Shown piece after piece: positions 43,700 to 57,500 of a stretch of DNA of 64,000 bases (the stretch's first letter is position 1; each line of letters opens with the position of its first letter). Source of the DNA: the human T2T-CHM13v2.0 reference genome, Homo sapiens; the NCBI RefSeq assembly GCF_009914755.1, contig NC_060939.1; one strand, given 5' to 3'. The position numbers and the translations under genes were made by a program. The notes beneath the pieces were generated by a model. The model saw only the letters and a list, made by a program, of their open reading frames with translations. It had not been told where the DNA came from and searched no databases.

Positions 43700-46600
43700 C
43701 ATTCCATTCGATTACATTCCATGCGATTCCATTCGAAATCGAATCAATTACATTGCAATCCATTACTATTGAGTCCGTTTTATTCCAGTCCACTGCATTC
43801 TGGTCCATTCCATTTGATTCCATTCCATTCTATTCCATTCCATACAGTTGCATTCCATTGGATTCCATTCTATATCTATAAATTCAATTCGAGACCATTG
43901 CTTTTGAGTCCATTCTATATGATTCCATTCCATTCAAGTCCATTACATTTGGTTCAATTCCATTCCATTATATTCCCTTCCATTCCATTCCAGTTGATAT
44001 CAATCCATTCGATTCAATTCCATTCGAGCACATTCCATTCGAGTCCATTCCATTCGATGCCATTCCATTTGAATCTATTCCATTAGTCTCCATTCAATTC
44101 CATTAATCTCCATTCCATTCCATTCTACTCCTACTGATTCCACTCCATTCTATTCCTTTCCATTCCATTTCATTCCATTCCATTCCATTTCATTCCATTC
44201 CATGCCATTCGTGTCCATTCCACTCCAGTCCATTCCATTCGTGTCCATTCCATTCCAGTCCATTCCATTTGTGTCCACTGCATTCCATTCCACTCCATTC
44301 CATATTATTTCATTACACTCCATTCCATTCTATTACTTTCATTTCCATTCAATTCCATTCCATTTGATTCCATTCCACTCGGTTTCATTCCATTTGAGTC
44401 CACTCCATTCCATTCCATTCCATTCCATTCAGTTCCATTCCATTCTGTTCCATTCCATTCCGTTCCATTACATTCCATTCCATTCGGTACCATTCCATAT
44501 TGTTCCATTCGATTCCATTCGAATCCATTCCATTCCAGTCCATTCCATTCGATTCCATTCCATTCATTTCAATTCCATTCCATTGCATTCCATTACATTC
44601 CACTTGATTCCTCTCCATTCCCTTCCACTGCATTCCGTTCGATTCCATTCCATTGCATTGCATTCCATTCCATTGGATTGCATTCCATTCGATTCCATTC
44701 CATTCGAATCAATTACATAGCAATCCATTACATTCGAGTCTATTCTATTCCGATCCATTCGATTTCGTTCCAATCCATTCGATTCCATTCCATTCGATTC
44801 CATTCCATACTATTGCATTCCATTCGATTACATTATATTCGAATAAGTTCCATTCAAGACCATTTCTTTTGAGTCCATTCTATTTGAGTCCATTCCCTTT
44901 GATTCCATAACATTTGAGTCCATTCAATTCCATTCCTTTCGTTTCCATTCCATTTGATGCCATTCCATTCAATTCTGTTCTACTCGACTCCAATACATTC
45001 AATTCCATTCCATCCGATTCCATTACATTCTTTTCATTTCTTATCCATTTCAAGCCATTCCACTCCATTCCATTCCACTCGTTTCCTTTCCATTCGAGTC
45101 CATTCCTCTCCAGTCCATTCCGTTCAATCCATTCCATTCCAGTCCATTCCATTCGAGTCCGTTCCATTCCAGTCCAATCCATTCGAGTCAAATCCATCCC
45201 ATTCAATGTCTTTCCATAACGATCCATTCCATTCTATTCCTTTCGATTCCATTCCATTCTATTTCATTCCATTCGATTCCCTTCCATTGGACTCCTTTCC
45301 ATTCGAGTGCATTCCATTCCGTTCCATTTCTTTCCGTTCTGTACGATTCCTACCGTTCGATTTGATTTTGTTCCAGTCCATTCCTTTCGCGTCCATTCCA
45401 TTCCATTTCACTCCATTCGATTCCATTCCACTCGATTCCACTTCGTTCCATTTCATTGCATTCCATTCTATTCAACTCTATTGCCTTCCATTCCATTCCA
45501 TTCGATTACATTCCATGCGATTCCATTCGAAATCGAATCAATTACATTGCAATCTATTACTATTGAGTCCATTTTATTCCAGTCCACTGCATTCTGGTCC
45601 ATTCCATTTGATTCCATTCCATTCTATTCCATTCCATACAGTTGCATTCCATTGGATTCCATTCTATATCTATAAATTCAATTCGAGACCATTGCTTTTG
45701 AATCCATTCTATATGATTCCATTCCATTCAAGTCCATTACATTTGGTTCAATTACATTCCATTCCATTCCCTTCCATTCCATTCCAGTTGATATCAATAC
45801 ATTCGATTCCATTCCATTCGAGCACATTCCATTCGAGTCCATTCCATTCGATGCCATTCCATTTGATTCTATTCCATTAGTCTCCATTCAATTCCATTAA
45901 TCTCCATTCCATTCCATTCTACTCCAACTGATTCCATTCCATTCTATTCCTTTCCATTCCATTTCATTCCATTCCATTCCATTCCATTCCATTCCATTCG
46001 CTTCCATTCCATTCGTGTCCATTCCACTCCAGTCCATTCCATTCGTGTCCATTCCATTCCAGTCCATTCCATTTGTGTCCACTGCATTCCATTCCACTCC
46101 ATTCCATATTATTCCATTACACTCCATTCCATTCTATTACTTTCATTTCCATTCAATTCCGTTCCATTTGATTCCATTCCACTCGGTTTCATTCCATTTG
46201 AGTCCACTCCATTCCATTCCATTCCATTCCATTCAGTTCCATTCCATTCTATTCCATTCCATTCCGTTCCATTGCATTCCATTCCATTCGGTACCATTCC
46301 ATATTGTTCCATTCGATTCCATTCGAATCCATTCCATTCCAGTCCATTCCATTCGATTCCATTCCATTCCTTTCAATTCCATTCCATTCCATTCCATTCC
46401 ACTTGATTCCACTCCATTCCCTTCCACTGCATTCCATTCGATTCCATTCCATTGCATTGCATTCCATTCCATTGGACTGCATTCCATTCGATTCCATTCC
46501 ATTCGAATCAATTACATAGCAATCCATTACATTTGGGTCTATTCTATTCCGTTCCATTCGATTTCATTCCAATCCATTCGATTCCATTCCATACTATTGC

Positions 46601-49600
46601 ATTCCATTCTATTACATTATATTCGAATAAGTTCCATTCAAGACCATTTCTTTTGAGTCCATTCTATTTGAGTCCATTCTATTTGAATCCATTCCCTTTG
46701 ATTCCATAACGTTTGAGTCCATTCAATTCCATTCCTTTCGTTTCCATTCCATTTGATGTCATTCCATTCAATTCTGTTCTACTCGACTCCAATACATTCA
46801 ATTCCATTCCATCCGATTCCATTACATTCTTTTCATTTCTTATCCATTTCAAGCCATTCCACTCCATTCCATTCCACTCGTTTCCTTTCCATTCGAGTCC
46901 ATTCCTCTCCAGTCCATTCCGTTCAATCCATTCCATTCCAGTCCATTCCATTCGAGTCCGTTCCATTCCAGTCCATTCCATTCGAGTCAATTCCATTCCA
47001 TTCGATGTCTTTCCATAACGATCCATTCCATTCTATTCCTTTCGATTCCATTCCATTCTATTTCATTCCATTCGATTCCCTTCCATTGGAATCCTTTCCA
47101 TTCGAGTGCATTCCATTCCGTTCCATTTCTTTCCGTTCTGTACGATTCCTACCGTTCGATTTCATTTTGTTCCAGTCCATTCCTTTCGCGTCCATTCCAT
47201 TCCATTTCACTCCATTCGATTCCATTCCACTCGATTCCACTTCGTTCCATTTCATTGCATTCCATTCTATTCAACTCTATTGCCTTCCATTCCATTCCAT
47301 TCGATTACATTCCATGCGATTCCATTCGAAATCGAATCAATTACATTGCAATCCATTACTATTGAGTCCGTTTTATTCCAGTCCACTGCATTCTGGTCCA
47401 TTCCATTTGATTCCATTCCATTCTATTCCATTCCATACAGTTGCATTCCATTGGATTCCATTCTATATCTATAAATTCAATTCGAGACCATTGCTTTTGA
47501 GTCCATTCTATATGATTCCATTCCATTCAAGTCCATTACATTTGGTTCAATTCCATTCCATTATATTCCCTTCCATTCCATTCCAGTTGATATCAATCCA
47601 TTCGATTCAATTCCATTCGAGCACATTCCATTCGAGTCCATTCCATTCGATGCCATTCCATTTGAATCTATTCCATTAGTCTCCATTCAATTCCATTAAT
47701 CTCCATTCCATTCCATTCTACTCCTACTGATTCCACTCCATTCTATTCCTTTCCATTCCATTTCATTCCATTCCATTCCATTTCATTCCATTCCATGCCA
47801 TTCGTGTCCATTCCACTCCAGTCCATTCCATTCGTGTCCATTCCATTCCAGTCCATTCCATTTGTGTCCACTGCATTCCATTCCACTCCATTCCATATTA
47901 TTTCATTACACTCCATTCCATTCTATTACTTTCATTTCCATTCAATTCCATTCCATTTGATTCCATTCCACTCGGTTTCATTCCATTTGAGTCCACTCCA
48001 TTCCATTCCATTCCATTCCATTCAGTTCCATTCCATTCTGTTCCATTCCATTCCGTTCCATTACATTCCATTCCATTCGGTACCATTCCATATTGTTCCA
48101 TTCGATTCCATTCGAATCCATTCCATTCCAGTCCATTCCATTCGATTCCATTCCATTCATTTCAATTCCATTCCATTGCATTCCATTACATTCCACTTGA
48201 TTCCTCTCCATTCCCTTCCACTGCATTCCGTTCGATTCCATTCCATTGCATTGCATTCCATTCCATTGGATTGCATTCCATTCGATTCCATTCCATTCGA
48301 ATCAATTACATAGCAATCCATTACATTCGAGTCTATTCTATTCCGATCCATTCGATTTCGTTCCAATCCATTCGATTCCATTCCATTCGATTCCATTCCA
48401 TACTATTGCATTCCATTCGATTACATTATATTCGAATAAGTTCCATTCAAGACCATTTCTTTTGAGTCCATTCTATTTGAGTCCATTCCCTTTGATTCCA
48501 TAACATTTGAGTCCATTCAATTCCATTCCTTTCGTTTCCATTCCATTTGATGCCATTCCATTCAATTCTGTTCTACTCGACTCCAATACATTCAATTCCA
48601 TTCCATCCGATTCCATTACATTCTTTTCATTTCTTATCCATTTCAAGCCATTCCACTCCATTCCATTCCACTCGTTTCCTTTCCATTCGAGTCCATTCCT
48701 CTCCAGTCCATTCCGTTCAATCCATTCCATTCCAGTCCATTCCATTCGAGTCCGTTCCATTCCAGTCCAATCCATTCGAGTCAAATCCATCCCATTCAAT
48801 GTCTTTCCATAACGATCCATTCCATTCTATTCCTTTCGATTCCATTCCATTCTATTTCATTCCATTCGATTCCCTTCCATTGGACTCCTTTCCATTCGAG
48901 TGCATTCCATTCCGTTCCATTTCTTTCCGTTCTGTACGATTCCTACCGTTCGATTTGATTTTGTTCCAGTCCATTCCTTTCGCGTCCATTCCATTGCATT
49001 TCACTCCATTCGATTCCATTCCACTCGATTCCACTTCGTTCCATTTCATTGCATTCCATTCTATTCAACTCTATTGCCTTCCATTCCATTCCATTCGATT
49101 ACATTCCATGCGATTCCATTCGAAATCGAATCAATTACATTGCAATCTATTACTATTGAGTCCATTTTATTCCAGTCCACTGCATTCTGGTCCATTCCAT
49201 TTGATTCCATTCCATTCTATTCCATTCCATACAGTTGCATTCCATTGGATTCCATTCTATATCTATAAATTCAATTCGAGACCATTGCTTTTGAATCCAT
49301 TCTATATGATTCCATTCCATTCAAGTCCATTACATTTGGTTCAATTACATTCCATTCCATTCCCTTCCATTCCATTCCAGTTGATATCAATACATTCGAT
49401 TCCATTCCATTCGAGCACATTCCATTCGAGTCCATTCCATTCGATGCCATTCCATTTGATTCTATTTCATTAGTCTCCATTCAATTCCATTAATCTCCAT
49501 TCCATTCCATTCTACTCCAACTGATTCCATTCCATTCTATTCCTTTCCATTCCATTTCATTCCATTCCATTCCATTCCATTCCATTCCATTCGCTTCCAT

Positions 49601-50900
49601 TCCATTCGTGTCCATTCCACTCCAGTCCATTCCATTCGTGTCCATTCCATTCCAGTCCATTCCATTTGTGTCCACTGCATTCCATTCCACTCCATTCCAT
49701 ATTATTCCATTACACTCCATTCCATTCTATTACTTTCATTTCCATTCAATTCCGTTCCATTTGATTCCATTCCACTCGGTTTCATTCCATTTGAGTCCAC
49801 TCCATTCCATTCCATTCCATTCCATTCAGTTCCATTCCATTCTATTACATTCCATTCCGTTCCATTGCATTCCATTCCATTCGGTACCATTCCATATTGT
49901 TCCATTCGATTCCATTCGAATCCATTCCATTCCAGTCCATTCCATTCGATTCCATTCCATTCCTTTCAATTCCATTCCATTCCATTCCATTCCACTTGAT
50001 TCCACTCCATTCCCTTCCACTGCATTCCATTCGATTCCATTCCATTGCATTGCATTCCATTCCATTGGACTGCATTCCATTCGATTCCATTCCATTCGAA
50101 TCAATTACATAGCAATCCATTACATTTGGGTCTATTGTATTCCGTTCCATTCGATTTCATTCCAATCCATTCGATTCCATTCCATACTATTGCATTCCAT
50201 TCTATTACATTATATTCGAATAAGTTCCATTCAAGACCATTTCTTTTGAGTCCATTCTATTTGAGTCCATTCTATTTGAATCCATTCCCTTTGATTCCAT
50301 AACGTTTGAGTCCATTCAATTCCATTCCTTTCGTTTCCATTCCATTTGATGTCATTCCATTCAATTCTGTTCTACTCGACTCCAATACATTCAATTCCAT
50401 TCCATCCGATTCCATTACATTCTTTTCATTTCTTATCCATTTCAAGCCATTCCACTCCATTCCATTCCACTCGTTTCCTTTCCATTCGAGTCCATTCCTC
50501 TCCAGTCCATTCCGTTCAATCCATTCCATTCCAGTCCATTCCATTCGAGTCCGTTCCATTCCAGTCCATTCCATTCGAGTCAATTCCATTCCATTCGATG
50601 TCTTTCCATAACGATCCATTCCATTCTATTCCTTTCGATTCCATTCCATTCTATTTCATTCCATTCGATTCCCTTCCATTGGAATCCTTTCCATTCGAGT
50701 GCATTCCATTCCGTTCCATTTCTTTCCGTTCTGTACGATTCCTACCGTTCGATTTCATTTTGTTCCAGTCCATTCCTTTCGCGTCCATTCCATTCCATTT
50801 CACTCCATTCGATTCCATTCCACTCGATTCCACTTCGTTCCATTTCATTGCATTCCATTCTATTCAACTCTATTGCCTTCCATTCCATTCCATTCGATTA
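43700..50900 (+). repeat. Tandem duplication of a 3593-bp dimer (1794+1799)
   Basis: Private variants recur at +3593: ATTTGGGTCT 46531/50124, as do CATTATATTCCC, TTGAATCTATT, CTCCTACTGA, CATGCCATTCGTG, ATAACGTTTG, GATGTCATT and GGAATCC. Boundaries are approximate (+/-150 bp). Confidence 0.92.
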
Positions 50901-51599
50901 CATTCCATGCGATTCCATTCGAAATCGAATCAATTACATTGCAATCCATTACTATTGAGTCCGTTTTATTCCAGTCCACTGCATTCTGGTCCATTCCATT
51001 TGATTCCATTCCATTCTATTCCATTCCATACAGTTGCATTCCATTGGATTCCATGCTATATCTATAAATTCAATTCGAGACCATTGCTTTTGAGTCCATT
51101 CTATATGATTCCATTCCATTCAAGTCCATTACATTTGGTTCAATTCCATTCCATTCCATTCCCTTCCATTCCATTCCAGTTGATATCAATCCATTCGATT
51201 CCATTCCATTCGAGTACATTCCATTCGAGTCCATTCCATTCGATGCCATTCCATTTGATTCTATTCCATTAGTCTCCATTCAATTCCATTAATCTCCATT
51301 CCATTCCATTCTACTCCAACTGATTCCATTCCATTCTATTCCTTTCCATTCCATTTCATTCCATTCCATTCCATTTCATTCCATTCCATTCCATTCGTGT
51401 CCATTCCACTCCAGTCCATTCCATTCGTGTCCATTCCATTCCAGTCCATTCCATTTGTGTCCACTGCATTCCATTCCACTCCATTCCATATTATTCCATT
51501 ACACTCCATTCCATTCTATTACTTTCATTTCCATTCAATTCCATTCCGTTTGATTCCATTCCACTCGGTTTCATTCCATTTGAGTCCACTCCATTCCAT

Positions 51600-54500
51600 T
51601 CCATTCCATTCCATTCCATTCCATTCAGTTCCATTCCATTCTGTTCCATTCCATCCCGTTCCATTACATTCCATTCCATTCGGTACCATTCCATATTGTT
51701 CCATTCGATTCCATTCGAATCCATTCCATTCCAGTCCATTCCATTCGATTCCATTCCATTCATTTCAATTCCATTCCATTCCATTACATTACATTCCACT
51801 TGATTCCTCTCCATTCCCTTCCACTGCATTCCGTTCGATTCCATTCCATTGCATTGCATTCCATTCCATTGGATTGCATTCCATTCGATTCCATTCCATT
51901 CGAATCAATTACATAGCAATCCATTACATTCGAGTCTATTCTATTCCGTTCCATTCGATTTCGTTCCAATCCATTCGATTCCATTCCATTCGATTCCATT
52001 CCATACTATTGCATTCCATTCTATTACATTATATTCGAATAAGTTCCATTCAAGACCATTTCTTTTGAGTCCATTCTATTTGAGTCCATTCCCTTTGATT
52101 CCATAACATTTGAGTCCATTCAATTCCATTCCTTTCGTTCCCATTCCATTTGATGCCATTCCATTCAATTCTGTTCTACTCGACTCCAATACATTCAATT
52201 CCATTCCATCCGATTCCATTACATTCTTTTCATTTCTTATCCATTTCAAGCCATTCCACTCCATTCCATTCCACTCGTTTCCTTTCCATTCGAGTCCATT
52301 CCTCTCCAGTCCATTCCGTTCAATCCATTCCATTCCAGTCCATTCCATTCGAGTCCGTTCCATTCCAGTCCACTCCATTCTAGTCAATTCCATCCCATTC
52401 GATGTCTTTCCATAACGATCCATTCCATTCTATTCCTTTCGATTCCATTCCATTCTATTTCATTGCATTCGATTCCCTTCCATTGGACTCCTTTCCATTC
52501 GAGTGCATTCCATTCCGTTCCATTTCTTTCCGTTCTGTACGATTCCTACCGTTCGATTTCATTTTGTTCCAGTCCATTCCTTTCGCGTCCATTCCATTCC
52601 ATTTCACTCCATTCGATTCCATTCCACTCGATTCCACTTCGTTCCATTTCATTGCATTCCATTCTATTCAACTCTATTGCCTTCCATTCCATTCCATTCG
52701 ATTACATTCCATGCGATTCCATTCGAAATCGAATCAATTACATTGCAATCCATTACTATTGAGTCCATTTTATTCCAGTCCACTGCATTCTGGTCCATTC
52801 CATTTGATTCCATTCCATTCTATTCCATTCCATACAGTTGCATTCCATTGGATTCCATTCTATATCTATAAATTCAATTCGAGACCATTGCTTTTGAATC
52901 CATTCTATATGATTCCATTCCATTCAAGTCCATTACATTTGGTTCAATTCCATTCCATTCCATTCCCTTCCATTCCATTCCAGTTGATATCAATCCATTC
53001 GATTCCATTCCATTCGAGCACATTCCATTTGAGTCCATTCCATTCGATGCCATTCCATTTGATTCTATTCCATTAGTTTCCATTCTATTCCATTAATCTC
53101 CATTCCATTCCATTCTTCTCCAACTGATTCCATTCCATTCTATTCCTTTCCATTCCATTTCATTCCATTCCATTCCATTTCATTCCATTCCATTCCATTC
53201 GTGTCCATTCCACTCCAGTCCATTCCATTCGTGTCCATTCCATTCCAGTCCATTCCATTTCTGTCCACTGCATTCCATTCCACTCCATTCCATATTATTC
53301 CATTACACTCCATTCCATTCTATTACTTTCATTTCCATTCAATTCCATTCCGTTTGATTCCATTCCACTCGGTTTCATTCCATTTGAGTCCACTCCATTC
53401 CATTCCATTCCATTCCATTCCATTCAGTTCCATTCCATTCTGTTCCATTCCATTCCGTTCCATTACATTCCATTCCATTCGGTACCATTCCATATTGTTC
53501 CATTCGATTCCATTCGAATCCATTCCATTCCAGTCCATTCCATTCGATTCCATTCCATTCATTTCAATTCCATTCCATTCCATTCCATTACATTCCACTT
53601 GATTCCTCTCCATTCCCTTCCACTGCATTCCGTTCGATTCCATTCCATTGCATTGCATTCCATTCCATTGGATTGCATTCCATTCGATTCCATTCCATTC
53701 GAATCAATTACATAGCAATCCATTACATTCGAGTCTATTCTATTCCGTTCCATTCGATTTCGTTCCAATCCATTCGATTCCATTCCATTCGACTCCATTC
53801 CATACTATTGCATTCCATTCTATTACATTATATTCGAATAAGTTCCATTCAAGACCATTTCTTTTGAGTCCATTCTATTTGAGTCCATTCCCTTTGATTC
53901 CATAACATTTGAGTCCATTCAATTCCATTCCTTTCGTTTGCATTCCATTTGATGCCATTCCATTCAATTCTGTTCTACTCGACTCCAATACATTCAATTC
54001 CATTCCATCCGATTCCATTACATTCTTTTCATTTCTTATCCATTTCAAGCCATTCCACTCCATTCCATTCCACTCGTTTCCTTTCCATTCGAGTCCATTC
54101 CTCTCCAGTCCATTCCGTTCAATCCATTCCATTCCAGTCCATTCCATTCGAGTCCGTTCCATTCCAGTCCATTCCATTCGAGTCAATTCCATTCCATTCG
54201 ATGTCTTTCCATAACGATCCATTCCATTCTATTCCTTTCGATTCCATTCCATTCTATTTCATTCCATTCGATTCCCTTCCATTGGACTCCTTTCCATTCG
54301 AGTGCATTCCATTCCGTTCCATTTCTTTCCGTTCTGTACGATTCCTACCGTTCGATTTCATTTTGTTCCAGTCCATTCCTTTCGCGTCCATTCCATTCCA
54401 TTTCACTCCATTCGATTCCATTCCACTCGATTCCACTTCGTTCCATTTCATTGCATTCCATTCTATTCAACTCTATTGCCTTCCATTCCATTCCATTCGA

Positions 54501-57500
54501 TTACATTCCATGCGATTCCATTCGAAATCGAATCAATTACATTGCAATCCATTACTATTGAGTCCATTTTATTCCAGTCCACTGCATTCTGGTCCATTCC
54601 ATTTGATTCCATTCCATTCTATTCCATTCCATACAGTTGCATTCCATTGGATTCCATTCTATATCTATAAATTCAATTCGAGACCATTGCTTTTGAATCC
54701 ATTCCATAGGATTCCATTCCATTCAAGTCCATTACATTTGGTTCAATTCCATTCCATTCCATTCCCTTCCATTCCATTCCAGTTGATATCAATCCATTCG
54801 ATTCCATTCCATTCGAGCACATTCCATTCCAGTCCATTCCATTCGATGCCATTCCATTTGATTCTATTCCATTAGTCTCCATTCAATTCCATTAATCTCC
54901 ATTCCATTCCATTCTACTCCAACTGATTCCATTCCTTTCTATTCCTTTCCATTCCATTTCATTCCATTCCATTCCATTTCATTCCATTCCATTCCATTCG
55001 CTTCCATTCCATTCGTGTCCATTCCACTCCAGTCCATTCCATTCGTGTCCATTCCATTCCAGTCCATTCCATTTGTGTCCACTGCATTCCATTCCACTCC
55101 ATTCCATATTATTCCATTACACTCCATTCCATTCTATTACTTTCATTTCCATTCAATTCCATTCCATTTGATTCCATTCCACTCGGTTTCATTCCATTTG
55201 AGTCCACTCCATTGCATTCCATTCCATTCCATTCAGTTCCATTCCATTCTGTTCCATTCCATTCCGTTCCATTGCATTCCATTCCATTCGGTACCATTCC
55301 ATATTGTTCCATTCGATTCCATTCGAATCCATTCCATTCCAGTCCATTCCATTCGATTCCATTCCATTCCTTTCAATTCCATTCCATTCCATTCCATTCC
55401 ACTTGATTCCACTCCATTCCCTTCCACTGCATTCCATTCGATTCCATTCCATTGCATTGCATTACATTCCATTGGACTGCATTCCATTCGATTCCATTCC
55501 ATTCGAATCAATTACATAGCAATCCATTACATTCGAGTCTATTCTATTCCGTTCCATTCGATTTCATTCCAATCCATTCGACTCCATTCCATTCGATTCC
55601 ATTCCATACTATTGCATTCCATTCTATTACATTATATTCGAATAAGTTCCATTCAAGACCATTTCTTTTGAGTCCATTCTATTTGAGTCCATTCCCTTTG
55701 ATTCCATAACATTTGAGTCCATTCAATTCCATTCCTTTCGTTTCCATTCCATTTGATGCCATTCCACTCAATTCTGTTCTACTCGACTCCAATACATTCA
55801 ATTCCATTCCATCCGATTCCATTACATTCTTTTCATTTCTTATCCATTTCAAGCCATTCCACTCCATTCCATTCCACTCGTTTCCTTTCCATTCGAGTCC
55901 ATTCCTCTCCAGTCCATTCCGTTCAATCCATTCCATTCCAGTCCATTCCATTCGAGTCCGTTCCATTCCAGTCCATTCCATTCGAGTCAATTCCATTCCA
56001 TTCGATGTCTTTCCATAACGATCCATTCCATTCTATTCCTTTCGATTCCATTCCATTCTATTTCATTCCATTCGATTCCCTTCCATTGGACTCCTTTCCA
56101 TTCGAGTGCATTCCATTCCGTTCCATTTCTTTCCGTTCTGTACGATTCTTACCGTTCGATTTCATTTTGTTCCAGTCCATTCCTTTCGCGTCCATTCCAT
56201 TCCATTTGACTCCATTCGATTCCATTCCACTCGATTCCACTTCGTTCCATTTCATTGCATTCCATTCTATTCAACTCTATTGCCTTCCATTCCATTCCAT
56301 TCGATTACATTCCATGCGATTGCATTCGAAATAGAATCAATTACATTGCAATCCATTACTATTGAGTCCGTTTTATTCCAGTCCACTGCATTCTGGTCCA
56401 TTCCATTTGATTCCATTCCATTCTATTCCATTCCATACAGTTGCATTCCATTGGATTCCATGCTATATCTATAAATTCAATTCGAGACCATTGCTTTTGA
56501 GTCCATTCTATATGATTCCATTCCATTCAAGTCCATTACATTTGGTTCAATTCCATTCCATTTCAGTTGATATCAATCCATTCGATTCCATTCCATTCGA
56601 GCACATTCCATTCGAGTCCATTCCATTCGATGCCATTCCATTTGATTCTATGCCATTAGTCTCCATTCAATTCCATTAATCTCCATTCCATTCCATTCTA
56701 CTCCAACTGATTCCATTCCATTCTATTCCTTTCCATTCCATTTCATTCCATTCCATTCCATTTCATTCCATTCCATTCCATTCGTGTCCATTCCACTCCA
56801 GTCCATTCCATTCGTGTCCATTCCATTCCAGTCCATTCCATTTGTGTCCACTGCATTCCATTCCACTCCATTCCATATTATTCCATTACACTCCATTCCA
56901 TTCTATTACTTTCATTTCCATTCAATTCCATTCCATTTGATTCCATTCCACTCGGTTTCATTCCATTTGAGTCCACTCCATTCCATTCCATTCCATTCCA
57001 TTCCATTCCATTCAGTTCCATTCCATTCTGTTCCATTCCATCCCGTTCCATTACATTCCATTCCATTCGGTACCATTCCATATTGTTCCATTCGATTCCA
57101 TTCGAATCCATTCCATTCCAGTCCATTCCATTCGATTCCATTCCATTCATTTCAATTCCATTCCATTCCATTCCATTACATTCCACTTGATTCCTCTCCA
57201 TTCCCTTCCACTGCATTCCGTTCGATTCCATTCCATTGCATTGCATTCCATTCCATTGGATTGCATTCCATTCGATTCCATTCCATTCGAATCAATTACA
57301 TAGCAATCCATTACATTCGAGTCTATTCTATTCCGTTCCATTCGATTTCGTTCCAATCCATTCGATTCCATTCCATTCGACTCCATTCCATACTATTGCA
57401 TTCCATTCTATTACATTATATTCGAATAAGTTCCATTCAAGACCATTTCTTTTGAGTCCATTCTATTTGAGTCCATTCCCTTTGATTCCATAACATTTGA

